Positions 53,302 to 64,000 of a DNA stretch of 64,000 nt are shown here, in pieces (positions within the stretch are counted from its first letter, which is position 1; each line of letters begins with the position of its first letter). This DNA is from the human T2T-CHM13v2.0 reference genome, Homo sapiens. The DNA lies in the NCBI RefSeq assembly GCF_009914755.1, contig NC_060948.1; one strand, 5' to 3'. The notes beneath the pieces were generated by a model that worked only from the letters and a program-made list of their open reading frames with translations, searched no databases and was not told the DNA's origin. Position numbers and translations under genes: made by a program.

Positions 53302-56300
53302 TGGAATGGTGTAGTATGCAATGCAATCGACTGGCAGGGAATCAAAAGGAATGTAATGGAATGGATTGGACTGGAATGCAATGGACTCGAATAGATTGGA
53401 AACGGAATGCAAAGGAATGGAATGGAATAGTATGGAATGGAATGGAAAGGAATGGAGTGGAATAGACTAGAGTGGAATGGAATGGACTGGAAAGCAATGG
53501 ACTGGAATGGAACTTTCTTGAATGGACTGGAATCAAACGGAATGGAATGCAATGCAATCAAATGGCATGGAATAAAATAGAATGAAAGAGAATCAAATGG
53601 AATTGAATCGAATGGAATCGAATGGATTGGAAAGGAATAGAATGGAATGGAATGGAATGGACTAGAATGGAATGGATTCGAATGGAAGGCAAAGGAATGG
53701 AATCTATTGGAATGGACTGTAATGGAATGGAATGGAAGGGATTGGAATGGACTCGAATGGAATGGACTGCAATAGAAAGGATTCGAATGGAATGAAAAAG
53801 AATTGAATGGAATAGAACAGAATGGAATCAAATCGAATGAAATGGAATGGAATAGAAAGGAATGGAATGAAATGGAATGGAAAGGATTCGAATGGAATGC
53901 AATCGAATGGAATGGAATCGAACGGAATGGAATAAAATGGAAGAAAACTGGCAAGAAATGGAATCGAAATGAATGGAGTGTTATGGAACGGACTCAAAAG
54001 GAATTGAATGTAATAGAATGGAGTGGAGTGGACTCGAATATAATGGACTGGAATGGAATGAAATCACAAGGAATGGGAACGAATGGAATGGAATGGAAAG
54101 GAATGGAATCGAATGGAAAGGAATCGAATGGAAGGGAATGAAATTGAATCAACAGGAATGGAAGGGAATAGAATAGACGGTAATGGAATGGACTCGAATA
54201 GAATGGACACGAATGCTCAAATTGAATGGACTCGAATGGAATGGAAACGAAAGGAATGTCATCGAATGGAATTGAATGGATTGGAATGAAATCGCATAGA
54301 ATGGAGTGGAATCAAATGGAATTGAATCGAAAGGAAAGGAAGCGAATGGACTGAAATGAAATGGAATGGAATTGAATGGAAAGTAATGCAATGGAATAGA
54401 ATGGAACGAAATTTCACGGAATGGAATCAAACTGAATGGAATCAAATCAATGGAATCAAATCAAATGGAATGGAAAGGAATTGAATGGAGTAGATTGGAT
54501 TGGATGGGATTGGAATGAAATGTACTGGAAAGGACTCGAATTTCATGAAACGGAATGGAATGAATTGGAACGGAATGGACTCGAATGGAATGGAATGTCA
54601 TGGAATGGCATCAAATGGAATGGCATCAAATGGAATGGAATCGAATGCAATGGAATGCTATGGAATGGAATGGAATGCATTGGAATGGAATGTCCTCTAA
54701 TGGAATGGATTCGAGTGGAATGGAATCGAATATAATGGAGTCGAATGAAATGGAATTGAAAGGAATGGGATCGAATACAATGGAATATACTGGAATGTAA
54801 TGTAATGAACTCGAATGTAATTGACTGGAATGGAATGTACATGAATGGAATGTAATCGAATGGAAAGTAATCCAATGGAATTGAATCTAATGCAATAAAA
54901 TCGACTCAGATAGAGTAGAATGTAATGGAATGGAGTGCAGTGCAATGGAATGGAATGGAATGGAATGCAATGGAATGGAATGGAATGGAATGGAATGGAA
55001 TGGGATGGAATGGGATGGAATGGTATGGAATGGATAGTAATGGACTGGAGTGAAATGGACTGGAAAGGAATGGACTCAAATTGAAAGGGCTCGAAAGGAA
55101 TGGAGTCAAATGGAATGGTCTGGAATGGAATGAACACGAATGTAATGCAATCCAATAGAATGGAATCGAATGGCATGGAATATAAAGAAATGGAATCGAA
55201 GAGAATGGAAACAAATGGAATGGAATTGAATGGAATGGAATTGAATGGAATGGGAACGAATGGAGTGAAATTGTATGCAGTAGAAGGGAATAGAATGGAA
55301 TGCAAGCGAAAGGAAAGGAATGGATTGGAATGGAATGGAATTCATTGGAATGGAAGGGAATGTAGTGTAATGGACAGGCCAGGAATAAAGTGGAATGCTA
55401 CGGTCTCGAATGGAATAAAAATGTATGGAATGGAATGCAATGAAACGGAATCGAATGTCATAGAATGTAATGGAATGCAAAAAAATGGAATCCAAAATCA
55501 TTGACTGGAAAGGCTGGGTGTCGAAAGGAATTGACTCCAATGGAATGGAATCGAATGGAATGGAAGTGAATAGAATCGAACTAAATCGAATGGAATGGAA
55601 TTGATAGGAACGGAATGGAAAGGAATGCAATGATTTGGCACGGAATGGAATCGAATGGCATCGAATGGAATGGAATGGAATGCAATGGAATGGAATGCAT
55701 TAGAATGTAATGAACTTTAATGGAATGTACTCGAATGGATTCGACTGGAATGGAATGTTCTGGAAGTGAATGGACTCCAATGGAATGGATTCAAAAGGAA
55801 TGGAATCGTACGGAATGGAATCTAATGGAATGGAATTAAATGGAAATGAATCAAATTGAATAGCACGGAATTGAATTGAATGGAATGGAATGCAATGGAA
55901 TCTAATGAAACGGAAAGGAAAGGAATGGAATGGAATGGAATGGGCTGGAATGGAAAGGAATCGAAACGAATGGAATGGAATCGAACTGAAGAGACTGGAA
56001 TGGAATGCACTGGAATGGAAGGGAGTGTAATGGAAGGTTCTCGAAAAAAATGGAATCGAATGGAATGGAATTGAATGGAACGGAATAGAGTCGAATGGAA
56101 TTGAATGGAATGGAATGGACTAGAGTGAAATGGAATCGAACCACAAGGAATGGACAGGAATAGAATGGTCTCGAATTGAATGGAATCGTATGGAATGGCA
56201 TCAAACGGAATGGAATGGACAGCCACGGAATGGAATGCACTCGAATGCAATGGAGTCGAAACTAATGGACTGGAATAGAATGGACTCGACTGGTACGGAC

Positions 56301-56850
56301 TCCAATGGAATGGAATCGAATGGAAGGGAATCGAACGGAATGGACTCGAAGGGAAAAGACTGCAATGGAAAGGTCTCGAATGGAATGGAAATTAATGGAA
56401 TGGAATGGAATCGAATGAAATGGAGTCAAAAGGAATGGAATCGAATGGCAAGAAATCGAATGTAATGGAATCGCAAGGAATTGATGTGAGCGGAACGGAA
56501 TGGAATGGAATCCAAAGGAATGGAATAGAATGGAATGGAATCGAATGGAAAGGACTGGAATGGAAATCACTCGAATAGAATGCAATTTAATAAAATAGGA
56601 TCAAATGTAATGGAATGGAATGGAAAGGAATCGAAACGAAAGGAATGGAGACAAATGGAATGGAATGGAACAGAGAGCAATGGTATAGAATGGAATGGAA
56701 TCATCTGGAATGGAATTGAATGGAATGGAATAATATGAAATGGAATGGAATGGAATGGAATGGAATGCCCTTGAATTAAATGGACTGGAATGGAATGGAC
56801 TCGAACAGAGTGGAATGGAAAGTGTTGAGATAGAATGGAATGGACTCCTT
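53302..56850 (+). repeat. DYZ1 unit 16 (3549 bp; type B)
   Basis: Landmark spacing. 15-bp deletion near 53655 and AGGCCA at 55381. Confidence 0.9.
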
Positions 56851-59800
56851 TGGAATGGTGTAGTATGCAATGCAATCGACTGGCAGGGAATCAAAAGGAA
56901 TGTAATGGAAGGGATTGGACTGGAATGCAATGGACTCGAATAGATTGGAAACGGAATGCAAAGGAATGGAATGGAATAGTATGGAATGGAATGGAAAGGA
57001 ATGGAGTGGAATAGACTAGAGTGGAATGGAATGGACTGGAAAGCAATGGACTGGAATGGAACTTTCTTGAATGGACTGGAATCAAACGGAATGGAATGCA
57101 ATGCAATCAAATGGCATGGAATAAAATAGAATGAAAGAGAATCAAATGGAATTGAATCGAATGGAATCGAATGGATTGGAAAGGAATAGAATGGAATGGA
57201 ATGGAATTGACTCAAATGGAATGGACTAGAATGGAATGGATTCGAATGGAAGGCAAAGGAATGGAATCTATTGGAATGGACTGTAATGGAATGGAATGGA
57301 AGGGATTGGAATGGACTCGAATGGAATGGACTGCAATAGAAAGGATTCGAATGGAATGAAAAAGAATTGAATGGAATAGAACAGAATGGAATCAAATCGA
57401 ATGAAATGGAATGGAATAGAAAGGAATGGAATGAAATGGAATGGAAAGGATTCGAATGGAATGCAATCGAATGGAATGGAATCGAACGGAATGGAATAAA
57501 ATGGAAGAAAACTGGCAAGAAATGGAATCGAAATGAATGGAGTGTTATGGAACGGACTCAAAAGGAATTGAATGTAATAGAATGGAGTGGAGTGGACTCG
57601 AATATAATGGACTGGAATGGAATGAAATCACATGGAATGGGAACGAATGGAATGGAATGGAAAGGAATGGAATCGAATGGAAAGGAATCGAATGGAAGGG
57701 AATGAAATTGAATCAACAGGAATGGAAGGGAATAGAATAGACGGTAATGGAATGGACTCGAATAGAATGGACACGAATGCTCAAATTGAATGGACTCCAA
57801 TGGAATGGAAACGAAAGGAATGTCATCGAATAGAATTGAATCGACTGGAATGAAATCGCAAGAATGGAGTGGAATCAAATGGAATTGAATCGAAAGGAAA
57901 GGAAGCGAATGGACTGAAATGAAATGGAATGGAATTGAATGGAAAGTAATGCAATGGAATAGAATGGAACGAAATTTCACGGAATGGAATCAAACTGAAA
58001 GGAATCAAATCAATGGAATCTAATCAAATGGAATGGAAGGGAATTGAATGGAGTAGATTGGATTGGATGGGATTGGAGTGAAATGTACTGGAAAGGACTC
58101 GAATTTCATGAAACGGAATGGAATGAATTGGAACGGAATGGACTCGAATGGAATGGAATGTCATGGAATGGCATCAAATGGAATGGCATCAAATGGAATG
58201 GAATCGAATGCAATGGAATGCTATGGAATGGAATGGAATGCATTGGAATGGAATGTCCTCTAATGGAATGGATTCGAGTGGAATGGAATCGAATATAATG
58301 GAGTCGAATGAAATGGAATTGAAAGGAATGGGATCGAATACAATGGAATATGCTGGAATGTAATGTAATGAACTCGAATGTAATTGACTGGAATGGAATG
58401 TACATGAATGGAATGTAATCGAATGGAAAGTAATCCAATGGAATAGAATCTAATGCAATAAAATCGACTCAGATAGAGTAGAATGTAATGGAATGGAGTG
58501 CAGTACAATGGAATGGAATGGAATGCAATGGAATGGAATGGAATGGAATGGAATGGAATGGAATGGAATGGGATGGAATGGGATGGAATGGTATGGAGTG
58601 GATAGTAATGGACTGGAGTGAAATGGACTGGAAAGGAATGGACTCAAATTGAAAGGGCTCGAAAGGAATGGAGTCAAATGGAATGGTCTGGAATGGAATG
58701 AACACGAATGTAATGCAATCCAATAGAATGGAATCGAATGGCATGGAATATAAAGAAATGGAATCGAAGAGAATGGAAACAAATGGAATGGAATTGAATG
58801 GAATGGAATTGAATGGAATGGGAACGAATGGAGTGAAATTGTATGCAGTAGAAGGGAATAGAATGGAATGCAAGCGAAAGGAAAGGAATGGATTGGAATG
58901 GAATGGAATTCATTGGAATGGAAGGGAATGTAGTGTAATGGACAGGCCTGGAATAAAGTGGAATGCTACGGTCTCGAATGGAATAAAAATGTATGGAATG
59001 GAATGCAATGAAACGGAATCGAATGTCATAGAATGTAATGGAATGCAAAAAAATGGAATCCAAAATCATTGACTGGAAAGGCTGGGTGTCGAAAGGAATT
59101 GACTCCAATGATATGGAATCGAATGGAATGGAAGTGAATAGAATCGAACTAAATCGAATGGAATGGAATTGATAGGAACGGAATGGAAAGGAATGCAATG
59201 AATTGGCATGGAATGGAATCGAATGGCATCGAATGGAATGGAATGGAATGCAATGGAATGGAATGTATTAGAATGTAATGAACTTTAATGGAATGTACTC
59301 GAATGGATTCGACTGGAATGGAATGTTCTGGAAGTGAATGGACTCCAATGGAATGGATTCAAAAGGAATGGAATCGTACGGAATGGAATCTAATGGAATG
59401 GAATTAAATGGAAATGAATCAAATTGAATAGCACGGAATTGAATTGAATGGAATGGAATGCAATGGAATCTAATGAAACGGAAAGGAAAGGAATGGAATG
59501 GAATGGAAAGGGCTGGAATGGAAAGGAATCGAAACGAATGGAATGGAATCGAACTGAAGAGACTGGAATGGAATGCACTGGAATGGAAGGGAGTGTAATG
59601 GAAGGTTCTCGAAAAAAATGGAATCGAATGGAATGGAATTGAATGGAACGGAATAGAGTCGAATGGAATTGAATGGAATGGAATGGACTAGAGTGAAATG
59701 GAATCGAACCACAAGGAATGGACAGGAATAGAATGGTCTCGAATTGAATGGAATCGTATGGAATGGCATCAAACGGAATGGAATGGACAGCCACGGAATG

Positions 59801-60403
59801 GAATGCACTCGAATGCAATGGAGTCGAAACTAATGGACTGGAATAGAATGGACTCGACTGGTACGGACTCCAATGGAATGGAATCGAATGGAAGGGAATC
59901 GAACGGAATGGACTCGAAGGGAAAAGACTGCAATGGAAAGGTCTCGAATGGAATGGAAATTAATGGAATGGAATGGAATCGAATGAAATGGAGTCAAAAG
60001 GAATGGAATCGAATGGCAAGAAATCGAATGTAATGGAATCGCAAGGAATTGATGTGAATGGAGCGGAATGGAATGGAATCCAAAGGAATGGAATCGAATG
60101 GAAAGGACTCGAATGGAAATCACTCGAATAGAATGCAATTTAATAAAATAGGATCAAATGTAATGGAATGGAATGGAAAGGAATCGAAACGAAAGGAATG
60201 GAGACAGATGGAATGGAATGGAACAGAGAGCAATGGTATAGAATGGAATGGAATCATCTGGAATGGAATTGAATGGAATGGAATAATATGAAATGGAATG
60301 GAATGGAATGGAATGGAATGCCCTTGAATTAAATGGACTGGAATGGAATGGACTCGAACAGAGTGGAATGGAAAGTGTTGAGATAGAATGGAATGGACTC
60401 CTT
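56851..60403 (+). repeat. DYZ1 unit 17 (3553 bp; type A)
   Basis: Landmark spacing. Same 1-bp deletion after 57860 and a 15-bp deletion near 60090. Confidence 0.9.
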
Positions 60404-63400
60404 TGGAATGGTGTAGTATGCAATGCAATCGACTGGCAGGGAATCAAAAGGAATGTAATGGAATGGATTGGACTGGAATGCAATGGACTCGAATAGATTG
60501 GAAACGGAATGCAAAGGAATGGAATGGAATAGTATGGAATGGAATGGAAAGGAATGGAGTGGAATAGACTAGAGTGGAATGGAATGGACTGGAAAGCAAT
60601 GGACTGGAATGGAACTTTCTTGAATGGACTGGAATCAAACGGAATGGAATGCAATGCAATCAAATGGCATGGAATAAAATAGAATGAAAGAGAATCAAAT
60701 GGAATTGAATCGAATGGAATCGAATGGATTGGAAAGGAATAGAATGGAATGGAATGGAATTGACTCGAATGGAATGGACTAGAATGGAATGGATTCGAAT
60801 GGAAGGCAAAGGAATGGAATCTATTGGAATGGACTGTAATGGAATGGAATGGAAAGGATTGGAATGGACTCGAATGGAATGGACTGCAATAGAAAGGATT
60901 CGAATGGAATGAAAAAGAATTGAATGGAATAGAACAGAATGGAATCAAATCGAATGAAATGGAATGGAATAGAAAGGAATGGAATGAAATGGAATGGAAA
61001 GGATTCGAATGGAATGCAATCGAATGGAATGGAATCGAACGGAATGGAATAAAATGGAAGAAAACTGGCAAGAAATGGAATCGAAATGAATGGAGTGTTA
61101 TGGAACGGACTCAAAAGGAATTGAATGTAATAGAATGGAGTGGAGTGGACTCGAATATAATGGAATGGAATGGAATGAAATCACAAGGAATGGGAACGAA
61201 TGGAATGGAATGGAAAGGAATGGAATCGAATGGAAAGGAATCGAATGGAAGGGAATGAAATTGAATCAACAGGAATGGAAGGGAATAGAATAGACGGTAA
61301 TGGAATGGACTCGAATAGAATGGACACGAATGCTCAAATTGAATGGACTCGAATGGAATGGAAACGAAAGGAATGTCATCGAATGGAATTGAATGGATTG
61401 GAATGAAATCGCATAGAATGGAGTGGAATCAAATGGAATTGAATCGAAAGGAAAGGAAGCGAATGGACTGAAATGAAATGGAATGGAATTGAATGGAAAG
61501 TAATGCAATGGAATAGAATGGAACGAAATTTCACGGAATGGAATCAAACTGAATGGAATCAAATCAATGGAATCAAATCAAATGGAATGGAAAGGAATTG
61601 AATGGAGTAGATTGGATTGGATGGGATTGGAATGAAATGTACTGGAAAGGACTCGAATTTCATGAAACGGAATGGAATGAATTGGAACGGAATGGACTCG
61701 AATGGAATGGAATGTCATGGAATGGCATCAAATGGAATGGCATCAAATGGAATGGAATCGAATGCAATGGAATGCTATGGAATGGAATGGAATGCATTGG
61801 AATGGAATGTCCTCTAATGGAATGGATTCGAGTGGAATGGAATCGAATATAATGGAGTCGAATGAAATGGAATTGAAAGGAGTGGGATCGAATACAATGG
61901 AATATACTGGAATGTAATGTAATGAACTCGAATGTAATTGACTGGAATGGAATGTACATGAATGGAATGTAATCGAATGGAAAGTAATCCAATGGAATAG
62001 AATCTAATGCAATAAAACCGACTCAGATAGAGTAGAATGTAATGGAATGGAGTGCAGTGCAATGGAATGGAATGGAATGGAAGGCAATGGAATGGAATGG
62101 AATGGAATGGAATGGAATGGAATGGAATGGAATGGAATGGGATGGAATGGGATGGAATGGATAGTAATGGACTGGAGTGAAATGGACTGGAAAGGAATGG
62201 ACTCAAATTGAAAGGGCTCGAAAGGAATGGAGTCAAATGGAATGGTCTGGAATGGAATGAACACGAATGTAATGCAATCCAATAGAATGGAATCGAATGG
62301 CATGGAATATAAAGAAATGGAATCGAAGAGAATGGAAACAAATGGAATGGAATTGAATGGAATGGAATTGAATGGAATGGGAACGAATGGAGTGAAATTG
62401 TATGCAGTAGAAGGGAATAGAATGGAATGCAAGCGAAAGGAAAGGAATGGATTGGAATGGAATGGAATTCATTGGAATGGAAGGGAATGTAGTGTAATGG
62501 ACAGGCCTGGAATAAAGTGGAATGCTACGGTCTCGAATGGAATAAAAATGTATGGAATGGAATGCAATGAAACGGAATCGAATGTCATAGAATGTAATGG
62601 AATGCAAAAAAATGGAATCCAAAATCATTGACTGGAAAGGCTGGGTGTCGAAAGGAATTGACTCCAATGGAATGGAATCGAATGGAATGGAAGTGAATAG
62701 AATCGAACTAAATCGAATGGAATGGAATTGATAGGAACGGAATGGAAAGGAATGCAATGATTTGGCATGGAATGGAATCGAATGGCATCGAATGGAATGG
62801 AATGGAATGCAATGGAATGGAATGTATTAGAATGTAATGAACTTTAATGGAATGTACTCGAATGGATTCGACTGGAATGGAATGTTCTGGAAGTGAATGG
62901 ACTCCAATGGAATGGATTCAAAAGGAATGGAATCGTACGGAATGGAATCTAATGGAATGGAATTAAATGGAAATGAATCAAATTGAATAGCACGGAATTG
63001 AATTGAATGGAATGGAATGCAATGGAATCTAATGAAACGGAAAGGAAAGGAATGGAATGGAATGGAAAGGGCTGGAATGGAAAGGAATCGAAACGAATGG
63101 AATGGAATCGAACTGAAGAGACTGGAATGGAATGCACTGGAATGGAAGGGAGTGTAATGGAAGGTTCTCGAAAAAAATGGAATCGAATGGAATGGAATTG
63201 AATGGAACGGAATAGAGTCGAATGGAATTGAATGGAATGGAATGGACTAGAGTGAAATGGAATCGAACCACAAGGAATGGACAGGAATAGAATGGTCTCG
63301 AATTGAATGGAATCGTATGGAATGGCATCAAACGGAATGGAATGGACAGCCACGGAATGGAATGCACTCGAATGCAATGGAGTCGAAACTAATGGACTGG

Positions 63401-63977
63401 AATAGAATGGACTCGACTGGTACGGACTCCAATGGAATGGAATCGAATGGAAGGGAATCGAACGGAATGGACTCGAAGGGAAAAGACTGCAATGGAAAGG
63501 TCTCGAATGGAATGGAAATTAATGGAATGGAATGGAATCGAATGAAATGGAGTCAAAAGGAATGGAATCGAATGGCAAGAAATCGAATGTAATGGAATCG
63601 CAAGGAATTGATGTGAACGGAACGGAATGGAATGGAATCCAAAGGAATGGAATAGAATGGAATGGAATCGAATGGAAAGGACTCGAATGGAAATCACTCG
63701 AATAGAATGCAATTTAATAAAATAGGATCAAATGTAATGGAATGGAATGGAAAGGAATCGAAACGAAAGGAATGGAGACAGATGGAATGGAATGGAACAG
63801 AGAGCAATGGTATAGAATGGAATGGAATCATCTGGAATGGAATTGAATGGAATGGAATAATATGAAATGGAATGGAATGGAATGGAATGGAATGCCCTTG
63901 AATTAAATGGACTGGAATGGAATGGACTCGAACAGAGTGGAATGGAAAGTGTTGAGATAGAATGGAATGGACTCCTT
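60404..63977 (+). repeat. DYZ1 unit 18 (3574 bp; type B)
   Basis: Landmark spacing. The next unit begins at 63978 and is truncated by the window end. Confidence 0.9.
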
Positions 63978-64000
63978 TGGAATGGTGTAGTATGCAATGC

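Larger units (their letters stand above)
1..64000 (+). repeat. DYZ1: Human satellite III (GGAAT)n array, DYZ1 / Yq12 type, 18 tandem ~3.55-kb units
   Basis: Degenerate GGAAT pentamers throughout. Unique landmarks (e.g. GGACAGGCCTGGAATAAAGTGG, CAGCCACGG, GCCCTTGAATTAAA, TTTAATAAAATAGGATC) recur about every 3.55 kb. The GGCC landmark is at 2066, 5590, 9154, 12698, 16246, 19800, 23349, 26872, 30416, 33960, 37529, 41103, (44676 mutated), 48255, 51828, 55377, 58945, 62494. A GAATTC lies about 39 bp upstream of each. This matches the established ~3.56-kb DYZ1 HaeIII/EcoRI repeat. Confidence 0.96.

Noticed and set aside
41-63997. Hundreds of ORFs of 60-313 aa on both strands (e.g. 3256-4197 minus, 313 aa; 1789-2193 plus, 134 aa)
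   Set aside because: Pure (GGAAT)n has no stop codon in any frame and translates as MEWNG / FHSIP repeats. The ORFs overlap in all frames, recur with the DNA period, and are freely broken by 5-bp indels and stops between units. No domain signal is present.
1-64000. CRISPR-like or other repeat-spacer array
   Set aside because: There are no constant repeats separated by unique spacers. The sequence between landmarks is itself degenerate pentamer and is nearly identical from unit to unit.
1-64000. DYZ2 (AT-rich/Alu-containing) blocks, Alu/L1 insertions, or an inversion junction
   Set aside because: Landmark spacing stays within 3523-3589 bp for all 18 units, leaving no room for an insertion. 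No CATTC-strand segment is seen.
1-64000. HSat2 or a non-Y HSat3 array (e.g. chr9 or acrocentric)
   Set aside because: The sequence lacks the HSat2 GAATCATCGAATG-type motif as a dominant repeat. The ~3.55-kb period with a single HaeIII site and the Y-repeat primer sites fits DYZ1.

Overview
The whole 64 kb is one uninterrupted head-to-tail tandem array of degenerate (GGAAT)n pentamer satellite, i.e. human satellite III. It is organised into 18 complete ~3.55-kb units (3523-3589 bp, mean about 3554 bp). The unit length, the one HaeIII/StuI site and one adjacent EcoRI site per unit, and the binding sites of the classic Y-repeat sexing primers (recalled from memory) identify it as DYZ1 (HSat3 of Yq12 heterochromatin), shown on the GGAAT (purine-rich) strand. 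I see no genes, RNA genes, transposons, DYZ2/Alu interruptions or inversions. All listed ORFs are translation artefacts of a 5-bp repeat (MEWNG / FHSIP). I found no novel protein-coding system. The notable content is array architecture: (i) shared diagnostic variants point to single-unit duplications, a 4-unit-spaced duplicate at the left, and a nested 2-unit (~7.1 kb) / 4-unit (~14.25 kb) higher-order structure over the last ~21 kb; (ii) each unit has three sites that form perfect nGAAnnTTCnnGAAn heat-shock elements (intact in most copies); (iii) the pentamer register breaks are clustered in one third of the unit; (iv) many indels are 15 bp; (v) two pure (GGAAT)n tracts are hypervariable. All variant comparisons were done by eye, so a formal alignment is needed to confirm breakpoints.
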